DNA from: Octopus bimaculoides
Lineage: Eukaryota
Reading direction: 5' to 3'
Assembly (NCBI RefSeq): GCF_001194135.2
Contig: NC_069003.1
Location: 10,772,532-10,836,520 of the forward strand
DNA length: 63,989 nucleotides
The notes below the pieces were generated by a model. It had not been told where the DNA came from. It saw nothing but the letters and a program-made list of their open reading frames with translations, and did no database searches. A program made the position numbers and the translations under genes. Below are positions 1-12,133 of the stretch, piece after piece. Numbering within the stretch: the first letter of the stretch is position 1; the number at the start of each line of letters is the position of its first letter.

Positions 1-242
1 TATATATACTTAAAAATATATTAATAATTTAGAGAAGAACCAACGGGATGTAATCCAAACAATGAAGGAGATCAGACACCATCAAGAAAAATGTACCCTA
101 CGAAATACTGATTTAAAAATCTATAAAATCCATGAAATCTATCAAATATTAGATGAAAAATTTAATTCAGTTTAGTAAATTTATAATAAAAAAAAGTGAA
201 TAATAGACTATGCGTGTTTCATGGCCACATAATATATATATA

Positions 243-449
243 TATTTGTAATATAATATGTGACGATTATTCGGTTGCCATGATAAAACTCCGAGTTTTG
301 GATGTCGGGGCGGAAACCATCGAGGTAATTAAAATATTTTAATTACCTTGATGACTGGAGAGATGCCAGTGCAGGTTTCCACCCCGACATCCGAAACTCG
401 GAGTTTTATCACGGCAACTGAATAACTATCACATATTATATCACAAATA
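243..449. repeat. Spacer-less imperfect palindrome (fold-back), TE-derived
   Basis: Arms 243-330 and 341-449 centred on AAAATATTTT; the left arm lacks about 21 nt present in the right arm. Confidence 0.8.
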
Positions 450-1864
450 AATTCCTCTATTTACATAATATCGAGATCTCTTTTTATTCTTTTGTTGTCT
501 TACCTTTACTATTAATGTCATTTTCACCTGCTATCATCATACAGACATTGGTTTTTAATTAAGTAGCTTCTTCACCCTTTGTGTTTGTCATTGTACGTCC
601 CAACTGTGTACCGCCTTTATGGCAAATCTAATGAAATAAAGAAGTTTGCTTCCCAACCACATGGTTCCCAGTTCAGTCCCACTGCGTGGCATCTTGGGCA
701 AGTGTTTATTATAGCCCCAGGCCGAGCAAAGCCTTGAGTGGATCTGGTAGACAGAAACTGAAAAAAGCCCATCATATAAGTATATGTATTTGTATCTATG
801 TGCGTGTGTCTTTGTGTCTGTTCCCCATCGCAACTTGACAACTGGTGTTTGTTTATTTACATCCCTGTATGTGGTTCAGCCTAAGAGACTGACAAAATAA
901 GTACCAGGTGGAAAAAATAAATGAATAAGTACTGGGGTCGATTCATTCAACTAAGAATTCCTCAAGGCAGTGCCCCAACATGGCTGCAATCCAATGACTG
1001 AAACAAGTAAAACAAAAATATATAAAAGATATATATATGTGCATGTATTTGCGCAACTAAGCATCTTTATATAAGTGTGTGTTTATCTGTGCCTGTAGTC
1101 TACAAGGCTATGTCTATAAATATGCATGTATGTATGTATGTATGTATGTATGTATGTACATCAGTCTATCAGTACAAGTGTGAGGGTGTAATTGTAACCA
1201 TGTGTGTGTGTGTGTGTGTATGAGAGAGAGAGAGAGAGAGAAAGAGGGTAATGCATGCACATGTCCGTATCCATGTGCCTACGCAACTCTAAGTCAGCAA
1301 AACAATACCAGAAAATAAGAGTGTATATAGTGTAACAAATATGCAAATTATATTCCTCTCTACACCCATGCCAGCATGGAAAGAAATAATAAACAAAACA
1401 AACTGACACAGATACACCTACACATATGCATGTAAGCAACACATGCACAGATACACCCGCAGACATATGCACATACAACAACCTAGAAACACAAACTCAT
1501 TTCTATCAGAGACGAACATGAGAAGAAATAAAATGCTGTAATATTGTTTGTTTTTTGTTTTTTTTAATTTGACAATTAGAAATGAAAACACTCCTCACCC
1601 TGTTTAGTAAACATATGTAAAATGATGACATATCTTTCGGGGTGTTTTTTTTTTGGGGGGGGGGGGTCCATTTTACTTGTTTATCATTTCACCTCAGTCA
1701 CACTGGGGCACCACCTTGAAGAATTTTAGATGAACAGATTGACCCCCAGGACTTAATTTTTTTAAGCCTAGTACCCATTCTATCAGTCTCTTTTGCCAAA
1801 CTACTAGGTTGTGGAAATGTAAACACACCGGTTGTCAAGCAGTGGTGGGGGACAAAAACACACG

Positions 1865-1895
<31 letters not shown>

Positions 1896-1971
1896 TTAAG
1901 GTGTATTCTGTTAGGTTGGATGTGTTAGTATCAACGTCAAAGATTTACTAACAGGGATAGCGATTATATAT

Positions 1972-2073
1972 CACCTGAAGAGATACAACTGGATCCCATT
2001 ATACAGGTAAACCATTCCTTAATTTAATTCCTGTGTATATGTGGATCCATGTTGTATTGAAACATGCATAGTG
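1972..2073 (+). ncRNA. Type I hammerhead ribozyme-like fold with very long stem II
   Basis: CAC-CTGAAGA-[GATACAAC/GTTGTATT + TGGATCC/GGATCCA + TATACAGG/CCTGTGTA]-GAAA-CATGCA-T-A-GTG. Stem I CAC/GTG; cleavage triplet AUA. Activity untested. Confidence 0.65.
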
Positions 2074-2140
2074 TTTATTAAATAGCTGTCTAAATGCACT
2101 CATTCTTGACTTTATTTGTTTAATATTTTATATGCATATA

Positions 2141-2178
<38 letters not shown>

Positions 2179-2284
2179 GGAGTAAGCACATAAAATGTGC
2201 AACAAGGTGGAAAAAAAGAGTACTCAAATATCAGAGGTAGAGTAATATGCTTTATTTAAAAGCAGCAGAAATATACCAAAAGAC

Positions 2285-2320
2285 TGTTACTCAGAGTTTC
2301 ACGTTCCCGTTCATCGGACA
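2285..2320 (-). ncRNA. Minimal type I hammerhead ribozyme-like motif
   Basis: Minus strand: TGT-CCGATGA-ACG(GGAA)CGT-GAAA-CTC(T)GAG-T-A-ACA. GNRA-capped stem II, near-palindromic stem III, GUA site, U4-to-C deviation. Confidence 0.65.
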
Positions 2321-3602
2321 TGAGGGGCTGCTTTCAGTTTCTGTCTACCAAATCGACTAACAAGGCTTTGGTCAGCCCAAGACTATAGTAGAAACACTTA
2401 CCAAAGGTGACACACAGTGGGACTGAACCTCAAACCATGTGGTTGGGAAGCAAGCTTCTTACCACACAGCCATACCTCTGCCTATACACACAAATATGAC
2501 AGGATTCCACACAATTTCTGTCTACCAAATTCACTCACAAGGCATTGGCTAATTCAGGTATATGGAGGCTATACAAGACGGCAATTGCCCTAGATGCCAT
2601 GCCATGCATCAGAACCTGAAAACCACGTGGTTGCAAAGTAAACTTATTACCACTTATTACGTAAAAAAAAAAAAAAAAAAAAAAGCAACTCCCTCACAAA
2701 CTTAACTTCCACCACCACCACCACCGCTGCCATCACCAAAATGAATTTAAGAGATCTACTTACAACAGTACATATAAACTGTCGGGTGGAAGCATGAAGG
2801 GGCTGAGAGGGTACTAGAGAAAAGGTTGATTTGAGGTTGAAGTAGAAGGGTGGAGACAATAACCGAAATACTGTTGGTAGTGGAATTGATGGCTATGAAG
2901 GAATGCACAGTGATATTTCACATGTATCCACTTACAATAATACTTATTACTGTCATTACGTTCTTGCACCTTAACATACAAGAGTTTACCACATGTTTAG
3001 CATCACCATCACCATCACCATTATCATCATCCTTGTCATTAACATCACAATAACAATACAAATTATCATCATCATTAGTAGTAGTAGTTGTAGTAGTAGC
3101 AGCAGCAGCAGAGTCAGCAACCTATATGCTTGCTTAGCTTTGCAGTATACAGTTCAGTTCTTGTAGCTTACACTATAAACATTATTTTTAAGCTTACACT
3201 ATCATCATCATCATCGTCGTTTAACGTCCGCTTTCCATGCTAGTATGGGATGGACGATTTGACTGACGACTGGTGGACCAGGAGGCGACGCCAGGCTCCA
3301 ATCTGATTTGGCAGAGTTTCAACAGCTGGATGCCCTTCCTAACGCCAACCACTCCGAGAGTGTAGTGGGTGCTTTTACGTGCCACTGGCACGAGGGTCAG
3401 TCAGGTGGTACTAGCAACGGCCACGCTCGAAATGGTGTATTTTATGTGCCACCTGCATAGAACTCAGTCCATCTGCACTGGCAACGATCTCGCTTGAATG
3501 TCTTTTCACGTTCCACTGGCACAAGTGCTAGGAAGGCGACGTTGGTAACGATCACGCTGGTGCTATTTACGTGCCACCGGTCACGGAAGCCAGTATTATT
3601 AC

Positions 3603-3635
<33 letters not shown>

Positions 3636-3682
3636 GAGAGGTAGTGAGGTGCACCGGACAAAATCCTTTGCAGCATTTCTTC

Positions 3683-4945
3683 CAACTTCTCACCTTTCAT
3701 GGGGTCAATAAAATAAGCACTAGTTAAGCACTGGAATCGACATAATCGACCTATCCCTAACCACCGAACTTGCTGGCCTAGTGCCAAAATTTGCAACCAT
3801 TATTAATATAACGAAAGGCAATGAACGAGCAGAATCATTAGCGTGTCAGACAAAATGCTTTGTGGAATTTTTTCCAACTTCAAATTCTACTGTGGTTGAC
3901 TTTTGCCTTTCATCCTTTCAAAGGGTCGATAAAATAAGTACTAGATGAGCAATGGAATCAATGTAATTGACTTACCCACTTCCCTCAAAACTGCTGGCAC
4001 CGAGCCAAAATTTGAAATCGTTATTATTATGTTGAAAGGCAATACAATTACAGAATAATTGTTGCAGCAGACAAGGCGCTTAGTTGCATTTCTTCTAGCT
4101 CGTTGCATTCTACGTTCAAATACCAGCAGGGTCAACATTGTATTTAATCCTTTCAGGGTTGATAAAATAGGTACCGGTTGAGCACAAGACAAGGTGGGGA
4201 GGGGCAATGTAATCGACTAACACCCTCCTGCTAAAATTTCTGGAGTTGTGCCAGAATTTGAAACTGGCAGAATCATTGGCACGTCAGACGAGGTGCTTGA
4301 CTGCATTTCTTCCGACTCTATGCTCTGAGTTCAAATACCTTTGAGCTCAACTGTGCCTATCATGCTTCTGGGATTGATAAAGTAAATACCGGTTAAGGAC
4401 TGAAGGTCAAATGTAACCAACTGTGCCTCTCCCACCAAAACTGCTGGCCGTCTGCCAAAACTTGAAACCATTATTATTATGAAAAAGGCATTGAGTAGGT
4501 AGAATCGTTACCGCACTGGGGAAAATGCTTAGGAGCATCTCAGCTATATTTACATTCTGAGTTCAAATTCCGCCAATGTCAACTTGGTCTTTCATCTTTT
4601 TTGGTGCTGAGAAAATAAGTACCAGTTGAAAATTGCAGTTGATGTAATTACCCTGTCCCCCAAACTTCCAGGCCTTGTGCCAAAATTTGAAACCATTATT
4701 ATTATGAAAGGTGATGAGCTCACAGAATCGTTAGCATGTTGGACAAAAATACTTAGCACTTTTGCGTCCAGTTCTTTACGTTCTGAGTTCAAATTCTGCT
4801 GTGGTCAGGCTTGCCTTTCATTTTCCCAAGGTTGATAATGGTACCAAACAAGTACTGGGGTTGACATGGTCAGCTTGAACACCCCCTACCCTGCACTTCC
4901 ACCTAAAATTGCTGGCCTTGTGCCAAAATCTGAAACAACTGAGAT
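3683..4945 (+). mobile_element. Array of about 6 diverged family B SINEs, period about 220-225 bp
   Basis: Repeated GAAAGGC..CAGAATC heads at about 3813, 4034, 4265, 4481 and 4706, each unit ending CCAAAATTTGAAAC-(ATT)n. Confidence 0.75.
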
Positions 4946-5465
4946 GATGATGATGATGATGATTGCAACTGTTGCCAGGGTCAATTTCCCCTTCCACCCT
5001 CAAAGGGACAACTAGAATGAGTAACAGTAACAGGAGCAATATCGCATTGACTTCTCTTTGAAAAGAAAAAGAAGACATTTATTAATCATCGATGCAAGAC
5101 AAAGATAAGAGGCAGGGCACAGTGAAAACTGCAAAACAAGATAAGCAATAACATGACCATGTGTGTACAAAAAGTATACACTGGAATCATGGGGTGTAGG
5201 TTCAATTCCCTATTGTACTGAACAGGGCTAAATACCTTCTGCTATAGCACTAAGATAACCAAAGCCTTATATATGAAACCTGGTAAATGGTAACTGAACA
5301 GGGGAAAGAGTGTATTATGACCAAGGGAGTTGGTGACCCAGCCACAAAACAGGATAATGCAAAACCCATCCAACCCATGCCAGCATGGAAAAGCAGATGT
5401 ACAAGAAAGATGATGAGGGTGTAAGTAGTGGTAAGCAGGGTATGGCAAAATTTTCAGAGCATGAA

Positions 5466-5509
<44 letters not shown>

Positions 5510-6171
5510 NNNNNNNNNNATATATATATATACATTAGAAAAAAAACTTGTGGTGTTTCGTCACATTCCTTTATATTCAGGACAACTTTACCTTTCCTTA
5601 CATGATAAAATAAATACCAGATGAAGTACTGACCGCAATGTAATTGATTAAACAACTGGAGGCCACAGGGTGGCCAAAGACCTGTCCAATGATTGAAACC
5701 AACACAAGAATAAACAATAATATAATGATAGTATGTTCCATATCAAGGCCAAGCAGATATGACTGTAAGGGTAAGCGGCTTCTTACCCAGCAACATGGTT
5801 TTGGGGTCAATCCCACTGCATGGCACCTTAGACAAGTGACTACTATTGCCTTGAGCCAACCAAACCTTGTGTGTGGATTTGGTAGATGGAAACTGAAAAG
5901 AAGCTCATCGTGTGTGTGAGAGAGTGTCTTCTTGTGATGACATCATGTGACTGCTGTGAGTTTCATTCATTTCCAATATTTTGAAAACATGCCTGCTAGG
6001 AAACAGGAAAAGGTTGGCATTTGGCTGTATAAAATCCACCCCAACAAACTCCGTCAGACTGTGCAAGCAAGCATGCAAAAGGGGAAAGCAGTCCTATGAG
6101 CCTGTATGAGTCGGAAGGGATCTTGGCAACATCAACAGTTAAAGGCATCTGGCCAGTGACGATGATAGTGC

Positions 6172-6420
6172 AGTGACGAGGAAGTGAAAACTGTAGTGAA
6201 GAAGTGGCTCAAAGAACAGTCAACAGAATTTTACGGGGCAGGGATACATGCTCTCATTCGAAGGTGGAACATTGCTACTGAGAGAAACGGTGGCTATGTT
6301 GAGAAGTAGGGATGTGATCCATAGAGGACCAGCTTCATTTCGATGTATGATACATGTTCCTGTGTTGGTAATTATACCTGTCCTAAACAAAATGGCATTA
6401 CTTTTTGACTCACCCTCATA
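6172..6420 (+). mobile_element. mariner 3' remnant (transposase C-terminus + TIR)
   Basis: Translates SDEEVKTVVKKWLKEQSTEFYGAGIHALIRRWNIATERNGGYVEK*; ends TTACTTTTTGACTCACCCTCATA. Confidence 0.8.
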
Positions 6421-7885
6421 TGTGATAATGCTTAATCAAGTCAAAACAATGTGGATGAATAAGCATTGCAGTTGTCAGAAAAATTTGAATGCAAAAGGGG
6501 TTAAGAAGGTCATCCCCTCATAGAAACCATGCTGAAGCAGAGAGTGGCGCTTGGCACAGTCCTCAGATTTGCCCGATTCCTCTTGAACCTATGTCAACTA
6601 AATAATGGTGATGATGATATCAATTTACTTACTTGCTTTAATTATATATCTGCCACTTCCCATTAAAAATTGAACACAAAAATGTATTGGAAATATATAT
6701 GTGGTGCCACAGCATGGCCACAACCTCAGGGCTGAAACATATTAAAGAATAAAGGAATAGATGTAGGTGTGGCAGTGTGGTAAGAAGCTTGCTTCCCAAT
6801 CACACGACACCTTGGGCAAGCATCTTCAACTATAGCCTTCGACCAACCAAAGCCTTGCACGTGGATTTGGTAGCTGGAAACTGAAAGAAGCCTGTCTCAT
6901 GTGTAGGTGTGTGTATCACTGCTGCTGGACAACTGTTGTTGGTGTGTTTACGTCCCCATAACTTGGTGGGTCAGCAAAAGATACCAATAAAATGAGTATA
7001 TCTCTCTCAATGTGTCTTTGTGTCTGTATTTGTACCCCAGTACAACTTGACAACTGGTGTGGATGTGTTTATGTCCCTGTAACTTAGCAGTTCAGCAAAA
7101 GAGACTGATAAACTAAGTACCAGGCTTAACAAAAAATAAGTACTGGGGTCAATTCATTCGACTAAAGATTCTTCAAAGCAGTTTCTTAGCATGGCTGCAA
7201 TCCAATGACTGAAACAAGTAAAAGATACACTCGTACTATGAAAACCATCACATATACATCAGTCATATTCATGACCAACAAAAGCAAACAACAGATAAGG
7301 TTTTCCAATGATGGGTCACACAGAATTACAAGGTTTCCTCTCTCTCTGTGGCCAAGCAAGCGCATGGCCTAGTGGTTACGGTGTTTGCACTCACGATCAC
7401 AAGACTGTGGTATCGATTCTTGGACCAGGCAGTGTATTGTGTTCTTGTGCAAAACACTTCATTTCACGTTGCTCCAGTCCACTCAGCTGGCAAAAATAAC
7501 TAACTCTGTGATGGACTGGCATTTCATTGAGGGGCAGTGCTGTAATCTTAGTCACTTATATCCATGGCAACCGAGTAACCAGCCCTATGAGTCTCAGAAC
7601 CAGAGACAGTAATTCTTTTATTTTTTATTCTTTTACTTCTAGCTTCAGTCACTTTACTGCAGCCAAGCTGGAGCACCACTTTGAAGGCTTTTAGTCGAAC
7701 AAATCGCCCCAAGGATTTATTTTATTAAAGCCCAATACTTACTCTATCAGTCTCTTTTTCCGAACCACTAAGTTATGGGGATGTAAACACACCAACACCA
7801 GTTATCAGGTGGTAATGGGGGAACAAATACACATACACATATATACATATACATATACAGTAGACAGAAACTGAAAGAAGCCTAT

Positions 7886-7925
<40 letters not shown>

Positions 7926-8557
7926 ATAGGCTTCTTTCAGTTTCTGTCTACTGAATCCACTCAAAAGGCTTTGGTTGGCCTGAGGCTTTAGTAGAAGACA
8001 CTTGCCCAAGGTGCCATGCAGTGGGACTGAACCCAGAACCAGCGATTTCACGAGAAGAGACTAGTCGATTGCATTGACTCTAATGCTCAAGAAATTTGGG
8101 GAGAGGGGATTAGTCGATGTAATCGACCCCAGTGTTTCACTGGTATTTAATTTACCGAACCTGAAAGGATGAAAGGCAAAGTCGACCTCAGCGGAATTTG
8201 AACTCAGAACGTAGCAGCAGACGAAATACCAATAAGCATTTCGCCCGGCGTGCTAACGATTCTGCCAGCTCGCCGCCTTAATAATAATAATAACCCTTTC
8301 TATTATAGGCTCAAGGCCTGAAATTTTGCGGGGAGGGTGCTTATCGATTAGATTGATCCCCGAGAGGATGAAAGATAAGACAACCTCAGCAGCAATAATA
8401 ATGATAATAATAACAACAACATCCAATAGACTGCACATTCAGTTATTTAGGAGAGCAATTTTCTTTAACGATATCAAAACCCATGGAGACAGACTAATAA
8501 AGACAGGATTAAGTATTTTGCCGTGGTTCCTTATGTCATTAAAAATGGTAAAGCATT

Positions 8558-8634
8558 CATTTATCCATAGCTGAATTTTGCCATCTGCCGTGTGTATATT
8601 ATATTCAACACACGGGCACTCGCTCTTCGGAATG
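8558..8634 (-). ncRNA. Degenerate type I hammerhead ribozyme-like motif
   Basis: Minus strand: CATT-CCGAAGA-[long hairpin, core CGTGTGT/ACACACG]-AAAA (G12 mutated)-TTC(AGCTAT)GGA-T-A-AATG. 4-bp stem I. Confidence 0.45.
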
Positions 8635-8829
8635 TACTTTTGTGCGAAGACCATCGAATATATATTCACGATAGAATTATTATTATTATTATTCAAATTT
8701 GAAAAAATATAAATAATATAAAATCAACGTGTTTTCGAGCCATCGAGAGTGTGTGTGGTTAGTGGATTCGCTAGAAATAGCAGCCACAAAATCTACTCTC
8801 GTCTCTTGCCTCAAATCATACCCTACCGG

Positions 8830-8868
<39 letters not shown>

Positions 8869-9225
8869 AGGAAGATGCATTAGAATAACATAGTTGAATG
8901 TGTGCGTAAAGAGGGGAAGCAGAGAGAATGGGTGGAATAGTCAATGTTGGAGCGCCGTTGATCATAGGGTCTGCCCGGCCAGAGCTGACCTGATGGGGTG
9001 GGATAAACAACGGCAACAATAACAACAACACGAGTGGATCTTGTCTGAGTGGTGAAGAGTTTAAATATGCACAGACACAGACACAAACATATTTTAGGCA
9101 AACGTAAACAATTTCGTTTTTAATTCACCTAGCTTAACAAATCATTAATGATCGCTATCACTGTAATTAGCATTAAACACAAATCCAGAAATATATAAGA
9201 GAGAAAGCCGGAGCTTCATCGTCAA

Positions 9226-9258
<33 letters not shown>

Positions 9259-9551
9259 CATCAGCAGCAGAAAGAAAGAAAGAAAGAAAGAGAATGAGAA
9301 AGCATGAAATATGCTACAGACTACTAACGTCCCCACCGCCACTAACACCCACTTATGTGCTTGCCATAAACCGGAACGTTTCTTTGAAAGTGTCGTTAAG
9401 TCAGTTTAAGAACAGGAACAACAGCAACAAGCTGCATAAAACAAATGAGACGAACATTTTTATGAGAAGGAGAAGTAGCTTCGAGAAATAGCTTGGTTGG
9501 TACATTGTCCACAGGACAGGCGCCTAAAGCGCGCGCGCGCGTGTATATGTC

Positions 9552-9583
<32 letters not shown>

Positions 9584-9600
9584 GATAGATAGATAGATAG

Positions 9601-9994
9601 GCGCAGGGGTGGCTGTGTGGTAAGTAGCTTGCCTACCAACCACATAGTTCCGGGTTCAGTCCCACTGCGTGGCACTTTGGGCAAGTGTCTTCTACTATAG
9701 CCTCAGGCCGACCAAAGCCTTGTGAGTGGATTTGGTAGACGGAAACTGAAAGAAGCCTGTCGTATATATGTATATATATATATGTATGTGTGTTTGTGTC
9801 TGTGTTTGTCCCCCCCACCATCGCTTGACAACCGATGGTGGTGTGTTTACGTCCCCGTAACTTAGCGGTTCGGCAAAAAGAGACCGATAGAATAAGTACT
9901 GGGCTTACAAGGAATAAGTCCTGGGGTCGATTTTCTCGACTAAAGGCGGTGCTCCAGCATGGTCGCAGTCAAATGACTGAAACGAGTAAAAGAG
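9601..9994 (+). mobile_element. tRNA-derived SINE family A, full young copy
   Basis: A-box TGGCTGTGTGG, B-box GGTTCAGTCCC, CORE-like CTTGGGCAAGT, internal TA/CA microsatellite, second module ending GACTGAAACGAGTAAAAGAG. Many other copies (e.g. about 641-1015, 2327-2480, 6770-7225, 7625-8040, 43300-43610, 49285-49641, 58860-59075). Confidence 0.85.
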
Positions 9995-10204
9995 TATATA
10001 TATATATATATAAACACACACATAGACAAAACGATGGTAAGTTTTTTTTATACACGCCTAATAGAAGCCTATATAAAGGCTCCTGTTTGGTCTATATAAA
10101 AACAACTTAAAAGGAAGCGAGTTGTGACGCTCAATAAGCTACTCCAAAGCAAAATATGATGAAATGTAATTTGAAAGTCCAGCGTAATAAATAAATAAAT
10201 AAAC

Positions 10205-10378
10205 CTGGGTCGTTGCCCACACAACCGGTCTAGCCGTGCCCCTTACCCACGACTTTGAATTTCCTTCCTCCGGTACCTTAGACCAGCAGATAAACTGCAT
10301 TGAAGCTGAGTTTGCGGCCGAGACTCTTCGGCTTCAATTCGAACCCTGTACGTGCCGATTTACTTAGACTAATTATGT
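10205..10378 (-). other. Candidate exon of an unidentified leftward gene (5'UTR or start exon; possible MQFICWSKVPEEGNSKSWVRGTARPVVWATTQ)
   Basis: Minus-strand acceptor cttttcttcttatag| and donor CAG|GTTTAT around a GC/CpG-rich non-repetitive 174-nt block. Further minus-strand GTAAG donors at 10904 and 11184. No recognisable homology. Confidence 0.3.
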
Positions 10379-12090
10379 CTATAAGAAGAAAAGACGAACA
10401 TCAAAGGATCGAATAAACACTTCCTAATAAAAGATTTGCATGCAGACACACAATGATATGTATGTATGTATGTGTGTGTATGCGGATGCATACACACACA
10501 TACATACATCAAAGCACTTGGGTTTTCTAAAAAGAAGAAAGGATATTTCTTAACAAAAGCAAAACATTTATAGAGATCCTTACCGGAAGAATAGCAATTA
10601 ATGTTGAACGAAGACTTAATGAAAGACGTAACGACTAAGACACTGTGTGAAGAATAAAAATTCGATAATAAAATAAGTGCCTGGTATTTTCAGGTAGGTT
10701 CCTGGATTCCGGACCAATTAAGTCCGGTCACGTCCGGGCTCTCTTTTCTGATTGCACTATCACCGCTGGTGCCACCAGCATCAGCATCACCAACAACTGT
10801 AATGCATGCTCGTTTCTGGTCGCTTTTTTTTTTATTTCTTCTTCTGAGTTCAAACCATTGGCCACTCAAGACTACTTCCGAGTTAAGTAGCAGCCTTAAC
10901 TTACACCAAACGAACCTGGATGAATGAAAAGGCCAGGCCGAGACTCCGGTGACATATCAACTCAGAAACGGAAAGGGAGATGCCTTGCCATTATGTATTT
11001 AGTTACGTCCCCTTTAAGAATGTTTTTTATTCCCCTTTTCGCTTAAAAATTTCTTTTTTTTAATTTTTAGTTCCAGCCCCTATCCGGACCGGCTTTATTT
11101 TGTCACCATTATTCTGTAATCAATAATAATAAAAAAAAATAAGAATTTGGGGGTGGAGTCCGATTCGATCGATTACATCCTTACCGACGGTTTTACGTAG
11201 AAAAAAAAATTATTTAGAAAGAAATTTTTTTCTTTATCAGAAAAAGAATCTGCTGATGATCGCCCTGGGTTCACGATCGAACCGGGTAAAGTGTGCGACC
11301 CAGTTTTTGTTCAGCTACCGGCATGGAGAACCATTTCGATTCGTTTCTCTTTAAAACGTACTTCACAAACAACGATATTTAGAAATGGAACACCACAAGG
11401 AAAACGAAGAAAAACAAATGACCATCACAACTTTGCATTCTCCGTTCTCATACACACACACACACATATATATTATATATATATGAATGAATTTCGCACT
11501 TTATTTACTACGTACAAAGTTGCCCTTGTTACGAATGAAATAAAAATTAAGAAAAAAACATTAATTATTCTTAGAATAAAAGTAGGGAACAAAACAAAAA
11601 GAAAATTAAACAATTTCTCTAACATCGTATTGTCTTTCACCGTTTNNNNNNNNNNNNNNNNNNNNNNNNNNNNNNNNNNNNNNNNNNNNNNNNNNNNNNN
11701 NNNNNNNNNNNNNNNNNNNNNNNNNNNNNNNNNNNNNNNNNNNNNNNNNNNNNNNNNNNNNNNNNNNNNNNNNNNNNNNNNNNNNNNNNNNNNNNNNNNN
11801 NNNNNNNNNNNNNNNNNNNNNNNNNNNNNNNNNNNNNNNNNNNNNNNNNNNNNNNNNNNNNNNNNNNNNNNNNNNNNNNNNNNNNNNNNNNNNNNNNNNN
11901 NNNNNNNNNNNNNNNNNNNNNNNNNNNNNNNNNNNNNNNNNNNNNNNNNNNNNNNNNNNNNNNNNNNNNNNNNNNNNNNNNNNNNNNNNNNNNNNNNNNN
12001 NNNNNNNNNNNNNNNNNNNNNNNNNNNNNNNNNNNNNNNNNNNNNNNNNNNNNNNNNNNNNNNNNNNNNNNNNNNNNNNNNNNNNNNNNN

Positions 12091-12133
<43 letters not shown>

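Noticed and set aside
341-415. Possible sixth hammerhead (TTGATGA...GAAACTCGGAGTT)
   Set aside because: Stem I and the base of stem II cannot be paired, and the core has U at position 3.
1900-2007. Exon-like plus-strand frame YQRQRFTNRDSDYISPEEIQLDPIIQ ending CAG|GTAAAC
   Set aside because: Better explained as the hammerhead-bearing repeat; no neighbouring exons.
4818-5128. Minus-strand [38 protein letters not shown], signal-peptide-like, with an upstream ttttgcag acceptor
   Set aside because: No credible donor follows. The Leu run derives partly from a GTAACA repeat, and the frame runs into (CAT)n and a SINE. Not fully excluded without RNA data.
9601-9680. tRNA-like A/B boxes (also in SINE families B, C and D)
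   Set aside because: These are SINE heads without a complete cloverleaf, not tRNA genes.
11233-11290. CTGATGA followed by a hairpin and GAAC
   Set aside because: No GAAA adjacent to stem II and no stem I/III; the same applies to CTGATGA near 63308.
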